Notes: generated from the letters alone by a model not told the origin. A DNA stretch of 52,312 bases from Promethearchaeota archaeon (GCA_016840165.1 JAEOSU010000028.1:1-52312); one strand, 5' to 3'. Positions 1-9,676 are shown, counted from the stretch's first letter. Made by a program: numbers and translations.

Positions 1-13
1 AAATCGTATCAGA

Positions 14-772
14 TTGCATTATTATGTGAGGTTACCATCAGGGTTGGAGGAAAAAGTAAAACGCTCCGAGTTTCCTATTTTGTCCAGCGGAGACATAATA
101 TTCAATGAACTGTTAGGTGGGGGTTTTCTTAGGGATTTTATCTACCTGCTCTATGGTGATAAGAACATTATTGCGAACATCTTGCTTTCTACCATAGTCC
201 AATCGTTCCAAGACCAAGATTTTGAGAAGAGAGTTGCCTTTATTGATGCGGTTAATCGGTTCAACCCGTATCGAATAGCAAAACTCGCGGTATCGAAACA
301 GCTATCCCCTTCCAAAGTATTGGACAGCGTTCTGATTTCGCGGGCATTTACCTGGCATCAAGTGGTCGAGTTAATGGAAAGTCGCCTAACACTTTTAGAA
401 AATATCAAAATAGTCATGATCTCAGGACTCACTCAGCTCTGGCCTAATTACGAGCAGACCACCTTTCAGGACTTGCTTAATGCGATTAATGGGATTAAAC
501 ATACTCTCCAAAAACTTGATCCTCTCCTGATTCTGACTGCCCCTCTCCATCAATATTCCACCTTTAAGCCGGTTGGGGGGCATCATCTTACCCATTTTGG
601 GCATGTGTTAGTATTAATAACCTCAGAAGAACATTATGATGCATATCAGCTCATTCAACATCCTTCGCGACCCGAGACTATTCTAAAACGGTATCATCCT
701 CCTCCAAGCAAACGGAGGAGACGAGATGAGCGCCATCTATTGCAAAATAGTACATTAGATGAATGGTTTTAA
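14..772 (+). CDS. Inactivated RadA/RecA-fold protein with C-terminal PIP-box-like tail (frame open to window edge, may be 5'-partial)
   Basis: RadA-like segments SSGDIIFNELLGGGF, AFIDAVNRFNPYRI and VLISRAFTWHQ. Walker A is degenerate (YGDKNIIAN). Ends NSTLDEWF. Confidence 0.75.
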   Translation: MHYYVRLPSGLEEKVKRSEFPILSSGDIIFNELLGGGFLRDFIYLLYGDKNIIANILLSTIVQSFQDQDFEKRVAFIDAVNRFNPYRIAKLAVSKQLSPSKVLDSVLISRAFTWHQVVELMESRLTLLENIKIVMISGLTQLWPNYEQTTFQDLLNAINGIKHTLQKLDPLLILTAPLHQYSTFKPVGGHHLTHFGHVLVLITSEEHYDAYQLIQHPSRPETILKRYHPPPSKRRRRDERHLLQNSTLDEWF

Positions 773-773
773 A
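729..773 (+). repeat. Direct repeat copy 1 (3' end of the RadA-like gene)
   Basis: 39/45 nt identical to 3039-3083; encodes RHLLQNSTLDEWF*. Confidence 0.9.
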
Positions 774-891
774 GCAAAGCAACCGAAATTAACATCCATT
801 ATTTTTTAGTTATAGGAAAAAATAAAATGATTTATCATAAACATTTAGTAAAATGAGCATTTGATTTTTAGGTACTAAGTAAGATTTAAAG

Positions 892-2760
892 CTAGGAGTT
901 GTAAAGCCTATACTTATCTCGTTTGATATTATACTGTCCGAGAAGTTGATAGAATAAGTCATAATCAATGTATTCAATCTCGATAATGCGATTTGGCTTT
1001 ACTTTCAAATTTTCTTGTACAATTTTTTTTAAGACATCATAAGGTGGAAAGTTTTTAAGAGATATTAGTATAAGATGGAATTTGGGTGGATTTTTCTTTA
1101 TTTTTTCATTGTGTCTTATATGATATTCAGCTATTATATTTACTTTTTGAATAAAGCAGTGAACCTTTTTTGATATTTTTTTTAAACTTGTGGTAGTGCA
1201 CTCTCCAAATAAAAATTCCTCTTCTTTATTCTTAGATCCATATATATCAATTTCAATTGTCTTGCTTTTCTTGTCTTTTAGACACTTTTTATCGAATAGA
1301 AAATCTATTTGTTCTGAAGTTAATTGAAATTCGAAACCTGTGCCTTTTATATTATATTTATTTCTTTTACCTAATAAAATTCGAGAATCAGTCTCAAGTC
1401 TTTCTTGTAGAAGTTCCTCAATTATAGTCTTTTGTTCTTGTATGATCAGATTACAATCTTGGTTAATTAAATTTGGATAACGGTTGTTTGCTTCTTGGCA
1501 AGCCTTTTTTGAGACATTTTGAAGTGAAAAGAGATCGTCTAACTTAATCTGAATTTCTTCAGATTCTATTAAACTGTTTAATTCTTTGATAATTTTTGGT
1601 AAGTCTTGATAACATTCTCTGAATTGCTCTCTCTGCTCAATAGAGGAAATATTATCAGAGATATTTTTATAATAATCCAGAGCTTCTCGAAAATTTCTAT
1701 AACTTTTTTCATAAATCCCCAGTATTTTATAGATTTCGCCTAAAGATTTATAGCCATTAATAATTAATGGTATAATAACATATTTTTTAGCCAACTTTAT
1801 AGATTTAGTTAAATTCTGTATTGCTAGATCGTAATTTTCTGAATTAAAATAGACAAGCCCAAAATTATTAAGGGTGTATGCTTTGTCGATATGATCTTTA
1901 TATTTAACACTTAATTCTAGAGCTTCAGTGAGGTATTCTAATGCAGCTGTGTGCTCTCCTCTTATTGACAAAATTCCTGCTAAATTTCTAAGTGTCTTTA
2001 CTTTCTGGTTAAATATATTCTGTAAATTATAATAATCTAATAATTTTTTAAGATAATTATATATTTCATCACTTAATTTCTCTGAATAAAAAGCGGGAGA
2101 ACTAATATTATTCAGAATCTCTGCTTTAATTAAAGGATCCTTGATTTCATCAAAATGTTCCATTGTTTTTGAGAAATATTCTTCAAATTTATCATTATTA
2201 TTCAAAGCTAAATATGTAAATGAAATAAGTTGATAGATTTTTGATTGGATATTATATATTTTATTTCTTAAGCAAATCGATTCTGCCATATTGTAGTTTT
2301 TAAGAGATTTTTCATAATCCCCCAAATAGTAATAAGAGTTACCTAAATTGATAAAACAACTAATAAGATCCCTCCAATTTTGCATTTCCTCAAATAATTT
2401 TCTAGCTGATTTAGTTAATTTTATAGATTTTACAAAATCACCTTGATTTTTACATATCATTCCTTTTAAGCCTAAGCTAAGAGCAATTAATTCTTTATTA
2501 CTTATTTTGGTAGAATATTTGAGAAATTCATCAATTTTTGGAAGAGCTTTAAGATTTTCTCCGCGCCTCATTAAAATTATAATATATTTCTCTAGAGCCT
2601 GATACGATTTTGTTGATTGACCATTTTCTTTGAAGTATTTATAACATTTTCGATATAGTGGTTCAGCTTTGAAATAATCATAATTATTATAATAATTCTC
2701 TGCTTTTTCTAAATCATGTTTGTATTTCTTGTCTATTTTTCGCTCAAATTTAGACATCAA
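892..2760 (-). CDS. TPR-repeat protein with C-terminal PD-(D/E)xK / DUF234-like nuclease-fold domain
   Basis: Multiple TPR units (NLGNSYYYLGDYEKSLKNY, NNFGLVYFNSENYDLAIQNL). C-terminal EIDIYG...FLFGECT. Confidence 0.75.
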   Translation of the reverse strand: MMSKFERKIDKKYKHDLEKAENYYNNYDYFKAEPLYRKCYKYFKENGQSTKSYQALEKYIIILMRRGENLKALPKIDEFLKYSTKISNKELIALSLGLKGMICKNQGDFVKSIKLTKSARKLFEEMQNWRDLISCFINLGNSYYYLGDYEKSLKNYNMAESICLRNKIYNIQSKIYQLISFTYLALNNNDKFEEYFSKTMEHFDEIKDPLIKAEILNNISSPAFYSEKLSDEIYNYLKKLLDYYNLQNIFNQKVKTLRNLAGILSIRGEHTAALEYLTEALELSVKYKDHIDKAYTLNNFGLVYFNSENYDLAIQNLTKSIKLAKKYVIIPLIINGYKSLGEIYKILGIYEKSYRNFREALDYYKNISDNISSIEQREQFRECYQDLPKIIKELNSLIESEEIQIKLDDLFSLQNVSKKACQEANNRYPNLINQDCNLIIQEQKTIIEELLQERLETDSRILLGKRNKYNIKGTGFEFQLTSEQIDFLFDKKCLKDKKSKTIEIDIYGSKNKEEEFLFGECTTTSLKKISKKVHCFIQKVNIIAEYHIRHNEKIKKNPPKFHLILISLKNFPPYDVLKKIVQENLKVKPNRIIEIEYIDYDLFYQLLGQYNIKRDKYRLYNS

Positions 2761-3038
2761 TTAATATTTATCAAAACTGAATTATAATTTTATTTATTAA
2801 GTGGAGAACAATAATAATATAACCAAGTATTATAGTATATATTTGGAAATGGTCTCTAACTGGATTAAATGAGCAATGAATTATGTAATTAAAGATAATA
2901 CACTTACTTATTTTTAATTAGCTTCTACTTAACAGCTTTTTGAAGAACAATTTTTACTAATATTTTTGTTATAGTTAACCAAACCCTCAAAAAATTCCTA
3001 TTTTTTATTTAAATAGCCTAAAAATTAGAAGGATTTTA

Positions 3039-3083
3039 AGCGTCATCTCTTGCATAATACTACCCTAGATGAATGGTTTTAAA
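3039..3083 (+). repeat. Direct repeat copy 2: orphan 3' end of a RadA-like gene
   Basis: Encodes RHLLHNTTLDEWF*. An in-frame TAG lies a few codons upstream and there is no start codon. Confidence 0.9.
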
Positions 3084-3175
3084 TATATTGAAGTAAATAG
3101 CAAGACTTAAATTCCAAAACGCTAATATAAAGATAATTATCCAGTTTGAGATGATATACCATTCTCTCAAAAAAA

Positions 3176-3883
3176 GTGTCCATTGTAATTCCTACTCATA
3201 ATCGGCTTTCTTCACTTAAACGATTAATTCACTCCCTCAATCAATTGAGAAATTCTCCTGAAGAAGTTATTATAATTAATGATGGCTCGCAGGATGACAC
3301 TCAAGAATACCTTTACTCATGGGCAGAGAAAGATCATCCATATATTGCTATTAATTATATTAATAAGCGAGCACAAGGTCCTGGTGCGGCTCGAAATATA
3401 GGAATTCGCCTTGCAAGTTCGCCTTTCATAGCTTTTACCGATGATGATTGCATAGTTCATAAAGCATGGGTTCAAGAAATAACAAACTCTTCTCAATGGA
3501 ATGGGCACAAAAATATCGTTGGAATCGGGGGTAAAGTATTGCCTTTTCGAAAAGGACTCATTGGGGAATATTTCACCTTTCATCGCATATTAGAACCACC
3601 AGATCCCATTTCCTATTTAGTCACAGCAAATGCTTGTTATCAGAAAGAAGTGCTACTTGAGGTAAATGGATTTGATGTAAATTATCGATTTCCTGGGGGA
3701 GAGGATTGCGGCTTAAGTTTAAAATTAGTGAGACGGGGATATCAATTCGGTTATGAGTCAAAGATGGTGGTGTGGCATGATTATCGGACATCTCTCATCG
3801 AGTTTATGCGTACTTTTTATCGCTATGGAAAAGGGTGCGCAGAAACAGTCTCTAATCATTTTCATACTGAAATGAAAGCATAA
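3176..3883 (+). CDS. Glycosyltransferase family 2 (GT-A fold)
   Basis: SIVIPTHNR, IINDGSQD, GPGAARNIG, AFTDDDC, GGEDCGL motifs. Confidence 0.93.
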   Translation: MSIVIPTHNRLSSLKRLIHSLNQLRNSPEEVIIINDGSQDDTQEYLYSWAEKDHPYIAINYINKRAQGPGAARNIGIRLASSPFIAFTDDDCIVHKAWVQEITNSSQWNGHKNIVGIGGKVLPFRKGLIGEYFTFHRILEPPDPISYLVTANACYQKEVLLEVNGFDVNYRFPGGEDCGLSLKLVRRGYQFGYESKMVVWHDYRTSLIEFMRTFYRYGKGCAETVSNHFHTEMKA

Positions 3884-3889
3884 CATTAG

Positions 3890-4141
3890 ATGGTTATTAT
3901 GACTCTTTTAGATACAAGACAACTTATACACCCAAATGGAGTATTATGGGATGGGAATACTCTGAAACCACCATTAAAATTAAGAGATCTTTTCGAAGAT
4001 CTACGGTTTCACTGGCTAAGTTATAAAAGGGGTAATTTAAACTTCTTTCGCAGATTTAAGTTTCTACTCTTAATGATCCAACAACGTGTAGCTTATAATC
4101 TCGGTTGGCTTCTCGCAACTCATAAATACCAAGAAAAATAA
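3890..4141 (+). CDS. Small protein, possibly the detached C-terminal membrane-associated module of the GT2
   Basis: Starts 6 nt after the GT2 stop; amphipathic FLLLMIQQRVAYNLGW tail. Confidence 0.55.
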   Translation: MVIMTLLDTRQLIHPNGVLWDGNTLKPPLKLRDLFEDLRFHWLSYKRGNLNFFRRFKFLLLMIQQRVAYNLGWLLATHKYQEK

Positions 4142-4357
4142 TCCGGATATATAGATTTAAGACTATTTTGTTCTATTATTTTTTTATTCCAAAATGAATT
4201 TATAGTACTACTGGAACTCAAGAGTTTCATATAACGATAGAATTAACTATAATATACCTAGAATTTTTAAATCTTCTTCTTTAATTTTTCTTAATTTTTT
4301 TAGCAATCATATAACATTATATTCTTAAAAGACTCTATATATATCGAGGGAAAAAAA

Positions 4358-4558
4358 ATGGAAAACAAAGAACTTGCTTGGCTGGTGATCTTCTGTATTG
4401 TCGCAGTTATCGTACTCTCGATATTTATGATGATTTTTAATCCTGTAATACGTGATAATCTCTTTATTTTTATTATGATAATAATTGGTACCATCTTCTT
4501 AGGGATTGTGGGGATACGTGTTGCTTATGTCTTATTGGCTTCTCAAAAAAGCGAATAA
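4358..4558 (+). CDS. Small two-TM membrane protein
   Basis: Two hydrophobic helices; upstream TATATATA-like element; T-run after the stop. Confidence 0.65.
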   Translation: MENKELAWLVIFCIVAVIVLSIFMMIFNPVIRDNLFIFIMIIIGTIFLGIVGIRVAYVLLASQKSE

Positions 4559-4654
4559 TTTTTTTACTTTGGGAATAGATTTATTTTTTCTTTATATAAA
4601 AGAAATTGTTTTTAAAGAAGAAATCTATCTCGGTATTTGTAGTAAAAACTAAAA

Positions 4655-5989
4655 TTGAGGAATCACTTTATTTTACAATTTATTTGCGAAAATCAATCTA
4701 TCATGCAAAAAGTAGATCTGGACTATTTGAGAAAACAATGGAAAGATGATCTTGGATATTACTGGGAGGAAGCTCAAAAGGAAATTAATGAATACTTTGA
4801 AATGATAAAATATACGCTATGCAGTAAGGTTGATCATTTAAAATCTAAATCTAGAGATCAAGTTTTAAAAGAATTTTCTTTAGATGAAGAAAGATTAAAA
4901 GATCCTGTTTTTACCCCTGACATATTAAACTTATTAAATTCTATTAAGAAAATAAATTATGATGAGTTTCCTAATAATTGGATATCTGGGAATTATGACC
5001 ATAAAGAACATGCTTCGTATATCTATCATAATATAATTCCTAGGTTTCATGAAGTATCTACCAAAGTAATTGATTTTAAAATATCCCAGTATAATACTCT
5101 CTATAACCAGCCTGAAATTTCAGTTTCAAAGAAAATTTTTATTAATAGAGAGTTTGATAAATATGGTTTACTACAATACGAGCATCACATCGGTTTAATT
5201 AACAATGTTGCGTATCATGATGAGTTTTATATGCTTCTACCCATTCTTTTAAGAACTTTATTTGAGAATATATTGCATGATATTTTCAAAGATAGTTTAA
5301 ATAACAAGCATAAAAACCTTTACTTTGATGAAAAAGCCAACAGAGTTGCCATTTTTTCAGTTCTTATTAGCTTACTAAATCAACTAAGTCAATCTGTGTA
5401 TAAAGGTAGAATTCGCTCCAAAATACATCCAGAGGTTATAAGAATATTAAATGATATTAAGAAGATCGGAAATTTAAGCGTTCATGAAGTTATAAAAATT
5501 ATAACTAAAGGTTATGCGGATATTATTCATGATGAAGTCGACTTAGTACTCGAGGCTCTCTTAAATTCATATTATCAATTAAAGGGTGCGGATATTACAA
5601 TCCAGGCAGAAAACCTTGAAAAAATATTTGCTAAATTAGGTTTGAAACAGAAATCCAAAAATGATTTGAAAAAGAGGAAGAAAAAGTTGAGAATAAAAAA
5701 GAAGGAAAAAAAAGGAGGTATCTCCATTTCAGATATTTCCATTTCAGACATATCAGCCATAATGTCAGACATTAGATTGCTTATGAAAAATGAACCACCT
5801 AACTATATTGTAAGCATAAAAATTAAAATGGATGAACTCTTGTTGAAAGTGAAACCCTTACTTAATAAAGGACAACGTGAAGCACTTGGAAAAATGTATA
5901 TTCTCTTTAATTATTTTTTAGAAACCTCATTGGAAAAAACTGCAGAGACTCTATTTGATGCGATAAATATGATAATTCTGGGAAGATGA
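4655..5989 (+). CDS. HEPN/DUF4145-like domain protein (candidate defence/abortive-infection effector)
   Basis: ILLRTLFENIL followed by LNDIKKIGNLSVHE resembles the DUF4145 R-x-x-x-E ... GN-x-x-x-H pattern; Lys-rich linker. Confidence 0.6.
   Translation: MRNHFILQFICENQSIMQKVDLDYLRKQWKDDLGYYWEEAQKEINEYFEMIKYTLCSKVDHLKSKSRDQVLKEFSLDEERLKDPVFTPDILNLLNSIKKINYDEFPNNWISGNYDHKEHASYIYHNIIPRFHEVSTKVIDFKISQYNTLYNQPEISVSKKIFINREFDKYGLLQYEHHIGLINNVAYHDEFYMLLPILLRTLFENILHDIFKDSLNNKHKNLYFDEKANRVAIFSVLISLLNQLSQSVYKGRIRSKIHPEVIRILNDIKKIGNLSVHEVIKIITKGYADIIHDEVDLVLEALLNSYYQLKGADITIQAENLEKIFAKLGLKQKSKNDLKKRKKKLRIKKKEKKGGISISDISISDISAIMSDIRLLMKNEPPNYIVSIKIKMDELLLKVKPLLNKGQREALGKMYILFNYFLETSLEKTAETLFDAINMIILGR
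5720..5749 (+). repeat. 15-bp in-frame tandem duplication (ISISD x2)
   Basis: atctccatttcagat / atttccatttcagac. Confidence 0.8.
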
Positions 5990-6113
5990 TCGTTTTTTGT
6001 TTTAATGTGAACAAAATATTTATCGCCAACTATGTTCTAAAGAAATGAGCTCTCCAGTTAATATATTAATAATAAATTCTATTTATAATACAAATCCGTA
6101 AGAAAATGAAAAA

Positions 6114-7070
6114 ATGATATATAAAGATCTCTATAGACGCTTTGAACATAAAATTGGGAAAAAAAAGAGGTTTAATAAATTACGCCCCACTGAAAAAGAA
6201 TCAATTTTAAAAATTGCTGGAGTCATAGCTAAAGTAGTAGGGTATGAAAATGTTGAGATTGAATCTAGGGGATGTGATATATTTTTTGAGGATTCGAACA
6301 AATATTATTTAGAGGTTAAAACGCCGCAATTTTTTATGGGGGATAGGGGTGATGACTTGATTAGAAATATAAATAAGTTTTGGAAGAAACTAGTATCAAG
6401 AAATCTAACTCTAGGATTTTTAAAACCAAATAACGTTATAAAAATCATCCGTAGACCATTGAGAGGAAATCCGTCTGAAAAACCTATGGGATTACTAGAA
6501 ATGGATAGTAAATTTATTCCAGATGAAGATGTTTATCGTAAATTAGACGCATTATTGGATAAAGCCGCTTCTCAGCTCGAAAATATAAGTGGTGGAAAAA
6601 AAATCGCGCTTATTGATCTTACGTATCTATTTAAAGCAAATCTTGCCACTGAGCAAATTTTATATACATTAGTAAAAGACACTGACATTTTGGAAAGAAT
6701 TGATGGAGTAAGTTTGTTTTACCATAATCAAATGCTAACTTCCAAAGATCTGTTACCCTTTACGATCGGACCAACAGTAGTAAAAAAACCTTGGAAAAAT
6801 ATTTCGAAAGTTTTTGAGCATCCTCACTGGGGTTATAGTGGAAACTTAATCATAACTACACCCAATCTCATCGCACATTTCGATGAATCACAAGGTATTC
6901 CTAGAAAAGGTGACTTTAATCTAAAAAAGGCTGATAAAAAGACACTTTTTGAGGCTTTGGAAGGATTTGATAAGTTAGATTCCGAGGAAAGAAAGCCAAG
7001 AAGTTTTAGATTTTTTACTCATTTTTATGAATCAAAATATAATTTGAAAAAGAAGAATAATATAAATTAA
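6114..7070 (+). CDS. PD-(D/E)xK restriction-endonuclease-fold protein
   Basis: GCDIFFEDSNKYYLEVKTP fits the D...ExK catalytic motif. Confidence 0.6.
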   Translation: MIYKDLYRRFEHKIGKKKRFNKLRPTEKESILKIAGVIAKVVGYENVEIESRGCDIFFEDSNKYYLEVKTPQFFMGDRGDDLIRNINKFWKKLVSRNLTLGFLKPNNVIKIIRRPLRGNPSEKPMGLLEMDSKFIPDEDVYRKLDALLDKAASQLENISGGKKIALIDLTYLFKANLATEQILYTLVKDTDILERIDGVSLFYHNQMLTSKDLLPFTIGPTVVKKPWKNISKVFEHPHWGYSGNLIITTPNLIAHFDESQGIPRKGDFNLKKADKKTLFEALEGFDKLDSEERKPRSFRFFTHFYESKYNLKKKNNIN

Positions 7071-7214
7071 TATATTCATTTTGTTTTGCTTTATTCTGGG
7101 ATTAGCAAAGTGGAGTTAATCATAGTATTTCTGGGGCATGATTGCTTTTCCTTTAACAAATCGCTTGAGATCTCTCCTAAATCGTAGCATAAACATTTTT
7201 TCTATGTTCTATTA

Positions 7215-7751
7215 TTATGAACCGATCGCTAATCGCACGCATTGAGTCTTAGGGTTATAGCGAACAAATTCGATAACCAAATCATCCAAATAATGCCCCC
7301 AGATCCCATAAGGACCATCTGAGGTACGACGGTTATACAGCATCTCATAGGTTCCAAGGTCGCCCACTGCCTCTTCCTCTACTGTATAGATTTCCGTATA
7401 CCCTTCATAAATACAGCGATAAAGATCCATCCGGGTAAATCCTCCTTTTTGGATATAGGTAAATTCTTCCTTCGTGGATAGAGGATAAGTAAAGCGAATG
7501 GTGATCTCCTCCTCGGGAATGACCAGCTCATCGGGAGCGATAACAGACTCCCGCACATATTCTCGGTTATACCCGTCCACGCTCACACTCGCTGGTCCAT
7601 ACCCATCTAAATCATATTGAATAAGGATTTGTTGCTCTTGGGTCGGATTTTTTTTTCTTTTCATTGGCACAGCCATTTTTTTCACATTGTGACTGAATAT
7701 AGTCAATAAATATCTTGAACCTATAAAAAGAAAAAATGATAATTTTATCAT
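7215..7751 (-). CDS. Hypothetical protein (likely start near 7676)
   Basis: Long ORF, GC-richer than its flanks; motif-like GPYGIWGHYLDDLVIE. Confidence 0.7.
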   Translation of the reverse strand: MIKLSFFLFIGSRYLLTIFSHNVKKMAVPMKRKKNPTQEQQILIQYDLDGYGPASVSVDGYNREYVRESVIAPDELVIPEEEITIRFTYPLSTKEEFTYIQKGGFTRMDLYRCIYEGYTEIYTVEEEAVGDLGTYEMLYNRRTSDGPYGIWGHYLDDLVIEFVRYNPKTQCVRLAIGS

Positions 7752-7864
7752 TTTAATAGAAACAAATTAAGATCATGAAATCATGAAAAACATTAATATA
7801 CTCTATTTCTTATATTATTATCAAAATTACTGTTTTCATAAAAATAAAAGAATATCTCTTAATC

Positions 7865-8179
7865 ATGTCTCCTCAGTTTGATTGTGGTCTTGATCGTGCT
7901 ATAAAGGAAATAGTTGGAGGAATAATAACCACGTTTATTGTGTCCGCTTTCATCAGCGCAGGTTTAATTCCTTCCGGTTTCATTGGTATCTTTCATGTAG
8001 TAAACATAGCTGGTATAATAGTTCTTATAGAAAAAATGTCGTATTGGGGGACTAATTATATCATTGGTTGGATAATCGGGGTATTTATTTTTATGAGCAC
8101 CAATTTATTATCAATTTTCGATATCTTGATATATGTTTTTGTCCCAGTTTACTTCATTGTGAAAAGAGTGCTTCAATGA
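7865..8179 (+). CDS. Small multi-TM membrane protein
   Basis: About four hydrophobic segments. Confidence 0.7.
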   Translation: MSPQFDCGLDRAIKEIVGGIITTFIVSAFISAGLIPSGFIGIFHVVNIAGIIVLIEKMSYWGTNYIIGWIIGVFIFMSTNLLSIFDILIYVFVPVYFIVKRVLQ

Positions 8180-8374
8180 ACTAGGGCTTTTATAAGTTAA
8201 TTGAAATGTTCCATAATGGACATCAATATCTTCTATGTTTTCATCAAAATCAATCGAGTCTTCTCTTGCTTTGTGAGGAAAAAAAATTTGGTCTAGGTCT
8301 ATTATATTTTCACCATCTTTTTGACTATGTGAACATTTTTTAGCAAGTGTCAATCTTGTTGAAAATGCTTCTAG

Positions 8375-8869
8375 ATGGCTCCTATTCTTATTTACCGCCC
8401 TCTGCAACTATCAAGAGCCATAGTGTTGCGTTCTTCTCTTCTGATGAAAAAAAGAATTGCAATCAATATTATTCTTTTAAAAATATTTGATTTTATTTGT
8501 ATTAAATTACATAAGGTTACAAAAATATTTCAGGAGGGAAAAAAGAAAATGACAAAAAGAACCTATATTCGTACTTGGAGGAATAAATGGATCACTTCAG
8601 GAGCGCAATCCATTGATGATTTTATCGAAATATTCGAGTCCAACGCAAGACACTTTAGGCAATGGAAGGAGTGGGGAATCCAATTACTCGATCTTGGAGG
8701 CGTGGGTGATGATTATGCGATGTTCGGCACGGATGATATGGAAACTGCCGTGAAGGCGGGCTTTCTTGTTTATAAGGGGGATGATCGAGAGACTGTATAT
8801 CTTGAACTGTTGGGCGGAGAAACGGTGAGAGTGCCCGAAGAGATACTTAAAAAATATAAAAATTCATAG
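8375..8869 (+). CDS. Hypothetical protein (real start probably ATG 8549, MTKRTYIRTW)
   Basis: GGAGG upstream of 8549; coding-like composition downstream of it. Confidence 0.65.
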   Translation: MAPILIYRPLQLSRAIVLRSSLLMKKRIAINIILLKIFDFICIKLHKVTKIFQEGKKKMTKRTYIRTWRNKWITSGAQSIDDFIEIFESNARHFRQWKEWGIQLLDLGGVGDDYAMFGTDDMETAVKAGFLVYKGDDRETVYLELLGGETVRVPEEILKKYKNS

Positions 8870-8890
8870 CAAAAGAGGAGAAGTAAAGAG

Positions 8891-9637
8891 ATGAATAAAA
8901 AAGATTTTAAGCATGATGTTAATAAGGTTATTGAAGCGTGTGCTGAAGCGCTCGCGAAAAAATTAAATTTTAATCCAACACAAGTTCTCCTTCACTTTCA
9001 ATTATTTCCAATTAACTTCTTCTCTAATACCCCAAAGCTTCCCAAAGAAGAATTAGAAAACTGGTATTATTTACGCGATGCAGGAACCCACGCTGCAGTA
9101 GTGTTTAATTTTGAAACCAAGAAAATTCAAATGATCGAGCCTGAAGAATATTGAACTGAGGATATTTTAGCGTTTTTTCGGAAATCAAATGAAGAGCTCA
9201 ACCAAGAGATACGAGATCAGGAGAAAGAAGTAAATCGAATTAAGCGTACTTTTGCCTATCGAAAAATTAAACCGCTTATTCAATGGTATTTCACCTGTCC
9301 TCTTCCCTTTGCTCGAGAATTATCGCCAAGAGAATATATTGAGACGACTTTGCGAAACCATGCCGATACATTTCAATTAAGTTCACAAGATTATGAGCAA
9401 GTTACTTCCGATTTACTCAAGGCTTATAGTTAAGACGGAGGACCATATGCGAGGGCATTAGATTTTTTGGTTGTAGATGTTCATGAAAACCGCGATGGGA
9501 ATACCTATTATCATCTTGGAATGTTTCGTACCCCTCGAGATGTTATGGAATTTTTCATTAAGCATAACACGAAGAAGGTTTATCCCTATTATGATAAAGG
9601 CTATAAAATTGATATTAATATGGAAAAAAAGAAATAG
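8891..9637 (+). pseudogene. Hypothetical-protein pseudogene with two in-frame stops
   Basis: One frame reads as protein-like for 249 codons, interrupted by TGA 9152-9154 and TAA 9431-9433, ending TAG 9635-9637. Confidence 0.75.
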
Positions 9638-9676
9638 TATAACAATTTAAACTTAGGATAAGAGAAACACACGTTA

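Noticed and set aside
7108-7200. Short minus-strand frame MFMLRFRRDLKRFVKGKAIMPQKYYD, a possible third orphan gene end
   Set aside because: Too short and not assignable to any family
8111-8407. Minus-strand 98-aa ORF
   Set aside because: Overlaps genes on both sides and has no motif; at most a decayed fragment
9152-9154. Selenocysteine readthrough of the in-frame TGA
   Set aside because: A second in-frame stop is TAA, the context is not redox-motif-like, and no SECIS was recognised; a pseudogene is the simpler explanation
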